Source: Octopus sinensis
Taxonomy: Eukaryota
Reading direction: 5' to 3'
Length of the DNA: 64,000 bases
Assembly: GCF_006345805.1 (NCBI RefSeq)
Contig: NC_043012.1
Location: forward strand, 39,494,001 to 39,558,000
Part shown: positions 28,079 through 40,693 of the stretch, in pieces
Layout: the number at the start of each line of letters is the position of its first letter
Position numbering within the stretch: position 1 is the stretch's first letter
Made by a program: the position numbers and the translations under genes
Notes under the pieces: generated by a model
Told to the model about the DNA's origin: nothing
Seen by the model: only the letters and a program-made list of their open reading frames with translations
Database searches by the model: none

Positions 28079-28330
28079 TATATATATATGTATATGTAAT
28101 ATGTATATAAAGTTAATCCAAATATGAAAACACAGCAACGCGGGGACGTGGGACAAGTATAGTATTATTGAACGCTCAGGAAAGAAGGAAAGAAGGAGGG
28201 ACTAACGTTTCGAGCGGAGCTCTTCGTCAGAAACATAGGAAAAGGAAAAAGAAGGGAAGACGGCGGACAAAAATCGCCAACGGTACACACGCGGTCACAT
28301 TTTGAATGATCGGAAGGGAATGGGTGAAAA
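27749..28330 (-). mobile_element. Penelope-like terminal-repeat (pLTR) fragments, two partial copies with a nested fold-back
   Basis: 27749-27850 and ~28110-28200 are direct repeats; HHR at 28200-28234; hairpin at 27850-27974. Confidence 0.55.
28200..28234 (-). ncRNA. Minimal type I HHR (core intact, weak stem I)
   Basis: GTTT-CTGACGA-A-GAGC(tcc)GCTC-GAA-ACGT-T-AGTC; palindromic ACGU helix III. Confidence 0.7.
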
Positions 28331-28399
28331 AAAGTTCTTTCAAAGATAGGAGAGTGCAAGAGGAGGTATGAATGTGTGTGGATATAGATATATCTCAAA

Positions 28400-30608
28400 C
28401 CCTAACATGATAGAACTACAATGTATGGTCAGCAATTAACTAAAGATAAACTCCTCATAGATGACACTCAAACCCTATCCAGCCTAAATTTCTCTAAGGC
28501 TGACTGGAAATCACTTGAAAAACAAATACTCCAGCAGGACTGGCCTACAAGCCTCTCCAGGAAGACATACATATGAAACTCAATAAATTCATGTCAACAA
28601 TGCAAGCCATATGCATTAAATATGTTCTAGAGAAGAGAACCAGTACATACAAAAACATCATTCCCCGAGACAGGAGAATACTCATGCAGCGGAGAATAAA
28701 GATCTCGAATCGTTTCAACAAACACTATAATTACAGTATGAAATCCCACCTGGCAGAGGAGCTCTTTGAGATAGAAAATAAACTCAAAATCTCCCATGCA
28801 AATGAGAGAGAAGAAAGAGAAATCTGATCAGTCGAAAATATTAAAAGAAATCCTTAAGCCTTCAACATGTTGGCAAAGTAGTCTGCCTCAGTACTCTATA
28901 AGATAGGGCCACTATTTGGTAAAAACGGCTCACTAACTGAAGACCCGGGGAAGATAAGTGAAGTACTATGTAAGCAATTCCGATGTCTTTTCACTCTTCC
29001 ACTGGAAAATATGCAAATAAACAAACCGGTGGGATTTTTCAATATAACAAATCTATTTGGAAAGGAGACAACCATCGATTACATCAACATAACAGAAGGG
29101 GATGCAATATCGGTCAAGATGAGATCAAACTCAGCAACATTCCTAGATGGACTCCCAGCTGTTCTCTTAAAGACACGTAAGGCACCTGCAAAGCCACTGC
29201 AGATACTCTTTCAGAGTTTCCTTGCATGTGGTAAACTTCCCAACATGCTAAAAGACGATATAATATACCCTGTCCACAAAGGAGGGAGTAGAGCAGATGC
29301 TAAAAGCTACAGGACCATCTAAATCTACTGGCCCATGTTAGCAAGACAAAGGAACGCATTGACAGAAAAAGGCTGATCACGTTCCTAGAAGAAAACAACC
29401 TTCTTAACATGGCTTCCGTGCAGGGAGGAGCTGCCTCACACAGTTGCTGCAGTACTTTGACTGGGTACTGAACAACAGTCAGCTGTAGACGTGAGATATC
29501 TCGACTTTGCCAAGGCCTTCGACAAGGTTTATCATAGCATGATATGTCACAAACTGCGAAACCTCGGTATTACCAGGAAACTAGAAGAGTCGCTACATGC
29601 CCTTCTGAAGGGGAGGAGGCAGACACTTGTAGCCAATGGTGCTTGGTGCTTACCCTGAAGAGACACCAATTCGCAGCGGAGTCCCATGAGAAAATGTGCT
29701 GGGGTCACTACTATTTGTGATGGTCCTCTCAGACATATCCTCCGTTGTACAGTCACCAGGTTTGACCAGTTATGCTGACGACACAAAGTATTGCAGGCAG
29801 TTAGGAACCCAAAGGATATCATAAAACTGCAGATAGACCTGAATGAAATACACAAATGGGCTAACAAATATAACAAGCAGTTCAATGCTATGAAATTTCA
29901 GGCACTCCACTATCGGTCCAACGCCAGGCTAAATTCGGAATACACTGGACCAGAAGGTAATACGATCTCAGAGTCAGAGTCGGTGCGTGACCTGGGGGTT
30001 CCCATGAGTAATGATGAAATATTCCATGTGCATATTACCAAGATGGCAACACTATGCGAGTGGCTGGCTGGATTCTGAGGACATTCAGATTCAGGACAAG
30101 GGAAGTCCTGCTATTCTTATAGAGATCTTTCGTTCTCAGCCGCTTGATGTACTACTCCCAACTATGGTTTGTTTCATACAGTGTGAAACAAACTGTGGAA
30201 CTCGAAGCAATCCAACGCCAGTACACAAAGAAGATTGACTCGATGCCAAAGTTGGGCTACTGGAAGAAGTCAAAGGAGCTATGTTTCTATTCCCCGGGGA
30301 GACGTGAAAGATATTCGGTGATATATATTTGGAAGGTCTTGCAGCTATACCAATCCTCGAAGTGGACGGCACCGCATCATACCAAAGGTCCTGTCTTCCT
30401 AATCTAAAATAAGAAGACAGTCCTGCGGTAGTCTGGGTTTCAAGGCCCCGCAATTGTTCAACATAATGCCCGACAACCTTAGAAATTTACATGGTGTTCA
30501 TATAGAAGTTTTCAAGGAACTTCTGGACAGGTTTCTATCTGAGATACCAGATGAACTCACATCGTGAAGGGAGACGCAAAGAAGAGCAGCTCCGTGCAAC
30601 TCGCTACT
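28400..30608 (+). pseudogene. 5'-truncated CR1-like LINE ORF2 (degraded reverse transcriptase)
   Basis: LNFSKADWKSL near the start; YLDFAKAFDKV at ~29495-29530; ELEAIQRQYTKKI; RRERYSVIYIWKVL; PQLFNIMPDNLRNLHG...FKELLDRFLSEIPDE; multiple stops and frameshifts. Confidence 0.85.
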
Positions 30609-30610
30609 AC

Positions 30611-30785
30611 GCGGTTTCAAAGCGACGAAAATATTTTGACAAATTAAATCTAAATGTTGAAGTGAATCTAACGGCTTTTATGCGTTTTTAAATGGCTGAT
30701 AAACACCTTCCACTTTGCAATTGTCTTTGTTTCAGCACACGATCTCAGATCAAGTCACTTGCTATGCAATTATATCTCGTAATAT
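30611..30785 (+). repeat. Copy of the repeat that forms the right arm of the 51.8-kb hairpin
   Basis: Collinear with ~51844-52015. Confidence 0.75.
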
Positions 30786-30790
30786 GTAAT

Positions 30791-30889
<99 letters not shown>

Positions 30890-30909
30890 TATTATATTAT
30901 ATATATATG

Positions 30910-31080
30910 TATAGGCGTAGGAGCGGCTGTGCGGTAAGTAGTTTGCTTACCAACCACATGGTTCCGGGTTCAGTCCCACTGCGTGGCAACTTGGGCAAGT
31001 GACTTCTACTATAGCCTCTAGCGTACCAAAGCCTTGTGAGTGGATTTGGTAGACGGAAACTGAAAAGAAGCCCGTGGTAT
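30910..31080 (+). mobile_element. SINE family A, 5' half
   Basis: GGCGTAGGAGCGGCTGTGCGGTAAG...GGTTCAGTCCCACTG. Confidence 0.8.
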
Positions 31081-31429
31081 ATATATATACATATATACTC
31101 TCGCCGCCCATATCTGGCACCTTAAAAGGAACTCCATCCCCTTCAAGATCAAGTGGAGACTACTCCAGAGAGCTCGTTCTTACACGGGAGGCCATACTTG
31201 CTGTGACGTTTGCATTTCTGAGAGCTTGGAGGTCTTATTCGACAAAGGCCCTCTCCTCAATAAGATCTCGGAACACTCCCCAAACTGTATGCAAAAATTA
31301 CAGACCCACCCGGTCACCCTATTGACGACACCCCACCCACAAAACCCACCCACAAACCCCAGCCCCCCACCCCACCCCACCCCACCACACCACCGTTCCT
31401 TCATCACCCCCAATTACCTTCTCTCCTAA

Positions 31430-31603
31430 GACTATATACATATATATATATGCATATATATATATGCATATATATATATGCACATACATGTATATATGTG
31501 CATATATATGTATGTGTGCTTACGTATATGTACATGCGTGTGTGTATGCGTGTATATGTGTGTATGTGTATATGTGTATATGTGTGCATGTGTATGTACG
31601 CGC

Positions 31604-31654
<51 letters not shown>

Positions 31655-32460
31655 TACATATGTTTGTATGTATGTGTGTGTATGTATTTATGTATGTATG
31701 TGTGTACATGTGTATATATTTATATGTATGTATATGCATATGTATATGTTTATGTATGTATATATATATATATGCATATATGTGTATTTATATGTGTGTG
31801 TGTATGTATATTTGTATATGTGTATATATATATGCATGTATGTATTTATTATATATGTGTGTGTGTGTATGTGTATGTATATATTTATGTATGCGTATGT
31901 GTATTTATATATACATGTGTATGTGTATATAAACGTATGTGTGTATGCTTGTATTTTTGTGTATGGATGTATGTACATATATATATATATATGGACATGT
32001 AGATTTATGTATGGGTATATATATATATATATGTGTATATGTGTTGATGTGTATATGTATGTACGTGTATGTATGTGTATGTATGTGCATGTATGTATAT
32101 GTGTGTATGTATGTATATGTATGTGTGTATTTATATATGCATATATGTATTTATATGCGTATGTATACTTATATATGCGTATATATATTTATATACGCAT
32201 ATGTTTTTTTATGTGCATATGTGTTTATGTATGCGTGTATATATTTATGTGTGTGTTTGTGTGTACATATGTATATTTATGTATGTGTTTATATATGCAT
32301 AATTATGTATATGTTTATATGTACGTACGTATATTTATGTATGTATACTTATGTGTATTTGTATGTGTATATATATATGTGTGTGTGTGTGTGCGTGTGT
32401 GTGTGTATGTGTGTGTATGTAGGTGTATGTATGTATATGTATGTGTATATGCATGTGTAT

Positions 32461-32495
<35 letters not shown>

Positions 32496-32650
32496 GTATA
32501 TATATATATGTCTGTATGTATATATATATATATATATATGTGTGTATGTATGTACGGATGTTTTTATACATATATATATATTCGCATGTGTATGTATGTG
32601 TGTTTGTATGTATATTTATTTTATTTGTTTTTTCATGTATATTTATCTAT
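31430..32650. repeat. Long degenerate (TA)/(TG) microsatellite
   Basis: Directly visible; explains the 409-aa ORF. Confidence 0.9.
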
Positions 32651-32972
32651 TTATTCCCTCCACCTAACAATAACAATGCCTACCTCTTCTTGACCACCAA
32701 AAAGCAATTGTCTTCTAATTTACCTAAAATCCCATCCCATATATCTGTTTCTATTCATTTATTCTATTCATTTATTCTATTCATTCATTTATTTATTTTC
32801 TCACTGATTCTTCTCATTTCAAAAAACACTCTGGCCTTTTGACCACTCCCCTAAGAACAATAGCCTGTGCCCTGTTTATCTCCTAAATACCAACCTACCG
32901 AAAAAACGTCCCCCACCACCACTCCATTAAATCTGCCTGAATGCATAAATACCAGAACTTATTTTGACAGCC

Positions 32973-33023
32973 AGCTTCCTGAAGATTTCATCTGAATGAA
33001 ACAGTTCTAGTTCTGTAGAAGCT
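32973..33023 (+). ncRNA. Type I HHR, intact core
   Basis: AGCTTC-CTGAAGA-T-TTCA(tc)TGAA-T-GAA-ACAG(8 nt)CTGT-A-GAAGCT; GUA cleavage after 33017. Confidence 0.75.
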
Positions 33024-33545
33024 CCTTCTATAAAATAAATTACTTTACTCTGCTATGTATTGAGTACCTTATTTACTGTGGTTAACCCCGACTCAACCCG
33101 GGACCTACATATATACATACACATATAGTTGACGTCATAAGAATATTTGAAATTTTGAAATGAAAGTGAACAAATTCTCTTGTGGTGTGGTGGTGGTGGT
33201 GGTGGGGCAATATCTCGAAGCACAGATATGAAGCTATAAACAATAACATGTAAGTATTGGCTTGAGAAAGTTTTAGAGAGAACATGTCAAAGACTTCTGT
33301 TAGAAATTCAAAACCTATATTCAACAAAATCTTTCAAGTGCACATTGCATCAATTTTGAACCTTCTCTGAAAAATGCGCATAGTTATTATTAATATTTCG
33401 TAATATTACATAAGCATTTAAATTGAAGTTCAAAATCATATTCATGAAATTCGACACGCAGTGCCGAAACACCTGTATTAACATGTCAAATGTAATACAA
33501 TGAATTCCACTGTTTTACTTAATATAGTATACTTCGCGAGTGAAG

Positions 33546-33645
33546 ACGCGTGGCTCACTGGTTAGAGCGTCGGCCTCACCATCATAGGTTAGGGTTTTGT
33601 GTTGTGTTCTCAAGCGAGACACTTTATTTCACGTTGTTCCAGTTC
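33546..33645 (+). mobile_element. tRNA-SINE family E, truncated head
   Basis: GCGTGGCTCACTGGTTAGAGCGTCGG...CACTTTATTTCACGTTGTTCCAGTTCA; related diverged copy at ~50783-50960. Confidence 0.6.
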
Positions 33646-34105
33646 AAATGCAATTTCAGTTAAGTACTTGACTGAAATTGCATTTGATCGACCCCGAACG
33701 TATGAAAAGCAAAGTTGATCTCGTAATGAGTCACCTTTGATAATGAGAATGGGAATAATAATAAGAACAACAACAACAACAAGAGTAACTATCTGGTGTA
33801 TTTATTTTAGTGGCCTACCAATATATACAGTGAGTTTCTCTGTCCTACGTACTCGGCAAGAAATGGAAACGGAATTGAAAGATGATGATGATGATAATAA
33901 TAATAACCCTTTCTACTATAGGAGCAAGGCTTGAAATTTTCGGGGGGGGGGGCTAGTCGATTATATCGGCCCCCGTACGTAACAGGTACTTATTTCATCG
34001 ACTCTGAAGTATCAAAAGACAAAGTCGACATCGGGAGAATTAGAATTCAGAACGTAAAGACGGACAATTGATGATTATAATTTGGGTTCAAATTCATACG
34101 ATATG

Positions 34106-34166
<61 letters not shown>

Positions 34167-34224
34167 TCTCTCTCCCTCTCTCTCTCTCTCGTACATATAG
34201 ACAATTTAAACATGTCATATTCTC

Positions 34225-34624
34225 TTCCACTCTAGGCACAAGGATCGACATTTTAGGAGAGGGGGCTAGTCGATTAGATCGACCCCAGTACGCAACTGGT
34301 ACTTAATTTATCGACCCCCGAAAGGATGAAAGGCAAAGTCGACCTCGACGGAATTTGAACTCAGAACGTAACGGCAGACGAAATACCTATTTCTATTTCT
34401 TTATTACCCACAATGGGCTAAACACAGAGAACAAACAAGGACAGACAAACGGATTAAGTCGATTATATCGACCCCAGTGCATAACTGGTACTTATTTTAA
34501 TCGACTCCGAAAGGATGAAAGGCAAAATCGACCTCGGCGGAATTTGAACTCAGAACGTAACGGTAGACGAAATACGGCAACGCATTTCGCCCGGCGTGCT
34601 AAACTTTCTGCCAGCTCGCCGCAT
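34225..34624 (-). mobile_element. SINE family B, dimeric copy
   Basis: Same two-body organisation as 225-635; a further partial copy at 33921-34075. Confidence 0.85.
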
Positions 34625-35685
34625 TTCTAGCATGTCATATTGACGTTCAGCTTGGTTTTACCGCTACCTACATTGAGCAGATTTATACCGAATTAAGAAA
34701 CCCCTATAGTCATTTATCATTCAGTTGTTGTTGTTTTTTACCCCATTTCTCTAATTCTATTCAGAGCGAAATGTTTCAAAGCTTGCTTCTCATTTATTAT
34801 CATATCCAATATTGATGGAATCGGTCTTCAATAGAAATAAGAAACTAATATTCCTCGACCGACTTTAGATGGTTAAGGCATATATCGAAGTAGTGTTTTC
34901 CTTCAACTATTTCCTTAACGTTTCTGTGATTCCATAGTCTGTCTCAACAAAGGAATAAGGATGACTTCTGAATTAGACACAAAATTTAGTGCAAGATGGA
35001 GTATAATCGATTAAATCGACCTGCGGTATTTGATTGGTATTTATTTTATCGGCACTGGGATGATAAAAGCAAAAGTGGAGATTTTGTCAAAAGATATTTC
35101 TCGGTACCTTTACCGATTCTCTGATTTCGAACGGGCAATAATAATAGTTTCTGTGAGAAGTTAACACCACATAATTGGGGGAAAAGAAAATGGTACTTTA
35201 AATCTCCTCAGTACTTGACTGGTACTAACGGTTTTATCGACCTCCTTAAAAGCTGAAAGGCCAATGACGACCTCGGTGCCATTTGAAGTTAGAATGTAAA
35301 TGGAGAAAGGTATTTTTGTCCGCCCGCGCTAACCATTCTCTACCATTCTACCGTTTTTCGAATGGACAAATAACAATGCAAATATTTTCTTTGTCTAATT
35401 TCAGGGTAACCAACGAAAACAAAACTATAATATAATGGTTTACAGTATGGAAGCAAAAACCATTTTTATCTTGATTGCTTGAAGTTCACAGATTTCAACT
35501 ATTGTGACATTATGGCGTTAAAATCAATTTGTATGGTTAGAATGCTTAGTACAATTGATTTCAGACTATTCAATCGATCATTTTCGATCAACATTAGAAA
35601 GAATTTCGAATGAGATCAATAATGAGATGAGGCTTTCTAATAAATAAATGAACAAATAAATAAATACACAAGACATAAATATGTT

Positions 35686-35725
<40 letters not shown>

Positions 35726-35820
35726 CATACATCCGCATATTTGTATACGTATATGTATATATAAATGTAAACATACACATGCGTATATTATATGATATAT
35801 ATATATATATATATATACTT

Positions 35821-35851
<31 letters not shown>

Positions 35852-37001
35852 TATATGTACAGTAAAGATACGAACACAACATAGTTAGTGGTGGCGAACA
35901 ATTATTTTGTCAGTCTTGTCTGAACATTTAGAGAATTATTTCCGCTTGAGATAAATAATGAGGTGGCGCTGGAAAGAGGCAATGAGGAAAAGGCAGAGGA
36001 ATGGGGAGAAAAACAAAAGTAGAAGAGAGAGAAGTTCAGAAAGAAGAAAGCAGAAAATGGATGATGATGAGGTTGCAGAAGGAGGAGGAGTAGTCACCAC
36101 CATAATGAGAGATTATAAAAGAGGCATTAATTGCTAATTATTTGAAATTATTCCCCCACCACCACCACCACCATTTTTGGCAACGTTTACAGTTGCCGCT
36201 AGGTTTTTGTTTACTTTCTCCTTATTCGAGATATTTTAAACAATTAAGAATATTTCACCGACTATATTCAGTGCATCATCGTTGATGTATTTACTGAAAT
36301 TGCTGCCATTGGCCTATCCTACTTTATTTTCCTTACTTTGTGATATTTTAATTATGCAATGTGAACTAAACAGAAATTTGTTCATAATTATCTTTCAGAA
36401 CATAAAAATACATTGGCTTGAGGAGATAATTTGATGATGATAAGGCTTAGTGTTTATTTTCGAATGTGTTCGCGGTTAGTTCCTTTTATGTCACCTCGGT
36501 GATTTATACAAGCTATGTATATCGCAAGTTTGGATGCAGACAATGCTATAATGGAGGAAGTTGTGAGATTCCTGGAATTAAGTTAACCGATTGTGCGATA
36601 GTTTTCTAATGTGCATATTTTTACTTGAGAGATGGGACGCAGAATTCGATGCTGTTGACTCATAAATGGTTCGCCTTAGTGTTATTGCTCTTAAATTGTT
36701 CGTTATATTTCTTTAGTTGGAGTGAAATTTCATGCAGGAGATTGAAATACTAACTTTCATGTCATACGGTGGATTATACCAGTTTTAAGCTTGGGACGAG
36801 TATCATTGCCGATTCAGAGCGTAAAGTGCCGAGACAAATAACATCTGACGCTTTAACAATTCCGCTAATTCACTGCCCTCGATAGTACTTCTTCATACGC
36901 CCCGAAAGAATGAAGCAAGCATTGACCCTGGTGGAATTTGAAACAACACTCTGGCGACTCTGCCAAATCACATTGTACATACATACTTGCACACGTTTTA
37001 T

Positions 37002-37034
<33 letters not shown>

Positions 37035-37036
<2 letters not shown>

Positions 37037-37353
37037 GGCCGCATGAGTGGCTATGTGTTAACTAGCCTGCTTCCCAACCACATGGTTCCGGGGTCAGTTC
37101 CACTGTGTGGCACCTTGGCCGAGTGTCTTCTATTAAAGCCTCGGGCTGACCAAAGCCTTCTGAGTGGATTTGGTGGACGGAAACTACAAGAAGCCCGTCA
37201 TATATGTGTGTTCGTACCTTACCGGTTCGACAACGAGGCCGATAGGATAAGAACCAGACTTAAAATGTAAATACTGGGGTCGATTCATTCCACAAAAAAT
37301 TATGGTTGTGCCCCAGCATGGCCGCAGTCTAATGACCGAAACAAGTAAAAGAT
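37035..37353 (+). mobile_element. SINE family A
   Basis: Head, plus tail CCCCAGCATGGCCGCAGTCTAATGAC. Confidence 0.8.
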
Positions 37354-37368
37354 AAATATATGTGTGTG

Positions 37369-37455
<87 letters not shown>

Positions 37456-37893
37456 CAATAATACAATGATTGTTTCTTATCAGGAACAAAATGTTTAATA
37501 GGACTGCTATAGAAGTGCTCAATTAAATGAGACAAATATATTAAACTATGGCTGCAGAACAAACAAATGCAAGGTCATCCACGTAACATTTCATATCTCG
37601 AACATTTAATCATAGAATATACATGTACAACATCACGGAAGATGGAACATAACTCATCAGTACAAGCATATGAGAAAATGCGAGAAAAATGTGTGAATAC
37701 AGTTCATCACGGTTAATACTTTAGCGATTAAGAAATATATATCTTTTTAAAAAACATTACACCTAGAATAATAAATACGTAAACATTACACCTAGAATAA
37801 TAAATACGTAAAAATATAAAGTAATATATAAATATATAGATATATAAAAATATATAAAAATACATATATATAGGAAGCATATAAATAAGTAAT

Positions 37894-38854
37894 ATCTTTA
37901 TATATATAAAACTGAGAATGTGTGTCTGTCTGTCTGTGTGTTTCCCTAAAACTTGAGAACTATACAATCAATTTCATTCAAATTTTACGCATGCCTTACT
38001 TAGGGTCCATGTAGTTTCATGGGCAAAAAAAATGTTCAACTTTTTGCCTAGAGCGAGCCCATAGCAATATCATATCTTCTCCACTATTTCAGTATTACGT
38101 GTTAAAAGTGAAACAAAAACGTTTCTCTATTTTATGTCAGATACTTTCACTTTAACAATAAAAATAATAATAACAATTGAATTATATGTAGTAAGTAATA
38201 ATTAAAATCAAACTAAAGTATAATATAATCCTAACATTAAAAAAAAGTAAAAATAGCAATTGGTATAAAATTGCATCAATGACTTGAACTTGAAGAAGTG
38301 GTTTCACATGAATGGGAATGAATTAAAAATAAAATTAGCATGCAGAAATGGAATAGTCCAGATGGATAATAAAAAATTAAATTAAAGAAAAGACTATTGT
38401 CTATAAAGTATACAATGTAGAGAAAAAAGAAGATTTGAACACATGGAGGAAAGCACCTTCGAAAAGTGTCTTGGTGCGGCTATGGAAGAGGCGGTAAATT
38501 CGCCACAATAGAAGCAAGGTTCAAGTCAATTAAAGGGCGTGCAAGGGAGTACTCGACTCGAACCTTGCAAAGTGGAAATATTTGATTTTTACCTCTATAT
38601 CTGGGACGTAGGACGTCCCGGAAAAAAAATTAAATGTCCCCCTTCCCCCCAGAAGTAGAGGTAGGCTGGATTGTAGCCACACTTCTATACAAGAGGGAGG
38701 ACGTTATCACCAGCGACATCAAGATATAACATTGTATTTTGTATTTTATGTGTAGATGTATATATATAGATGTACATGTAATATGTACACATATATATAC
38801 ACATATACATGCACTAGCACTATGACCCGGCAACGACGGGTCTTTAATGCTAGT
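37894..38854 (-). mobile_element. Non-autonomous Helitron/Helentron-like element, internally shorter copy
   Basis: Reverse complement shares both ends and long blocks with 8892-10532. Confidence 0.6.
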
Positions 38855-39013
38855 ATAATATATAAGGTAAGATAAAATTTCATCGTTTAGAAAATTTTTT
38901 TTCCCTTCATATATATATATATATGTATATGTATATATATATAATATATATAATTATATATATATATATTATATATATATATATGTTATATATGTATATA
39001 TATCTGTATATAT

Positions 39014-39049
<36 letters not shown>

Positions 39050-39123
39050 TATATGTATACTCAGAAAAATAACTCACATAGGTATAAGGAAAAACAATGA
39101 AAGATCACATCCATATACGATAC

Positions 39124-39187
39124 GAGGACGTCTGTTCTGGATTTTGTGGATTGTGGGTAAAACGCCACGTTTCCTTCATCAGCTCAG
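39124..39187 (-). ncRNA. Degenerate copy of the 39689-39748 HHR
   Basis: Same core, with indels in stems II and III. Confidence 0.55.
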
Positions 39188-39688
39188 AGATTTCTTCTGC
39201 TTAGATTTGAAAATACTAAGAATCAAACATACCCGTCCGATATCTGTAACATCGGACAAACCATGCCAGACACCCAGTACTAGCGAATCCAAAAATACGA
39301 ATGAGATCTATTATTCTCCCTGTCCGCCCACGTGAGTCATAGAGCATTCCATTTCTACAGAGGTAAAAACTGCAGTTCAAATTCTTGGAGAGAAAGCATT
39401 ATATTGTTATCAAAAAAGGGGTTCGAATTAATTAATTATTAATAAATTCGACCAAGCAGTATTCGGTATGTAAAGACCATTTACGGTATATTTGAAGTAT
39501 TAATTTATAAAAATATGGTAAAGTAAAAGAATTCACTTTACCACACACCGAACTTTTCAGAAATAGCAGCCAAAAATTTGGCTATTTCTTCAACTGCAAA
39601 TAAAAGTCTCCAGACAATGCATACTCAGAAAAATAACTCACATAGGTATAAGGGAAAAACAATGAAAGATCACATCCATATACGATAC

Positions 39689-39748
39689 CTGAGGACAGTC
39701 TGTTTCTGGATTTGTGGGTAAAACGCCACTTTTCCTTCATCAGCTCAG
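39689..39748 (-). ncRNA. Type I HHR, intact core
   Basis: CTGAG-CTGATGA-A-GGA-aaa-GTGG(8 nt)CCAC-aaa-TCC-A-GAA-ACAGaCTGT-C-CTCAG; GUC cleavage triplet. Confidence 0.8.
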
Positions 39749-39908
39749 AGATTTCTTCTGCTTTAGATTTGAAAATACTAAGAATCAAACATACCCGTCC
39801 ATATATATATGTATATATATATATGTATATATATATATATGTATATATATATGTGTGTATATATATATATGTATATATATATATATGTATATATATGTAT
39901 ATATAGTG

Positions 39909-39940
<32 letters not shown>

Positions 39941-39995
39941 TGTATATATATGTATATCTATTATATGTATATATATATGTATATATATATATGTG

Positions 39996-40026
<31 letters not shown>

Positions 40027-40064
40027 GTATATATATATATGTATATAATAGTATATATATTATA

Positions 40065-40109
<45 letters not shown>

Positions 40110-40427
40110 GTATATATAATATGTGTGTGTATATTATATATATATATATATATATTTAAATGTATTTAAATAATGAGGGAGATAAATTAATATTAATTTT
40201 AATATCAATTTAAAACCAGTAGTCTAGCATACAAAAAATCTGAGAAATCAGAGAAAATTCTAATATATGTGTATATTGGCAGGGCAAGGCTGCTAGGTAG
40301 TCGGCCGCATGCTAGAAATAGATCATCAACGATCAAACTACAAAGTTCTCTAGAGGAAAAATTCAGCGAACAACAGAACCAAATTTGGCGGGCAGGACAG
40401 ATGAAAATTTATATAAAAAACAGCATT

Positions 40428-40506
40428 AATTGCATCCCTCGGTTTCGGCTTTTTACAAAAGAATTACTTACATAATTCAAATGTCCGTGGCCTCATCAGT
40501 ACAATT
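40428..40506 (-). ncRNA. Possible degenerate HHR with long stem II
   Basis: AATTGTA-CTGATGA-GGC...GCC-GAA-ACCGAGGG-A-TGCAATT; U16.1 absent. Confidence 0.4.
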
Positions 40507-40624
40507 GTGCAGTGTAAATGCAATTTGAAAAAAACTAACCCCAGCTTTCTGTGCCAAAACAGACACGTGTGTAGTTTTACCGATTACATTAGGTATAAAA
40601 TTTCAAATGTGTTAGTCCCATATA

Positions 40625-40693
<69 letters not shown>

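Larger units (their letters stand above)
31098..33075 (+). mobile_element. Penelope-like element 3' fragment (GIY-YIG C-terminal region plus pLTR), split by a 1.2-kb microsatellite
   Basis: LAAHIWHLKRNSIPFKIKWRLLQRARSYTGGHTCCDVCISE...LLNKISE matches the PLE endonuclease C-terminal pattern; HHR downstream at 32973-33023. Confidence 0.7.
39057..39800 (-). repeat. Tandem repeat, ~564-bp unit x1.3, HHR-bearing
   Basis: 39057-39238 recurs at 39621-39800; flanked by (TA)n arrays. Confidence 0.85.

Noticed and set aside
31450-32693. 409-aa and other long ORFs (also 24046-24711, 39712-40169, 46139-46667)
   Set aside because: These are translations of TA/TG/AGAT microsatellites.
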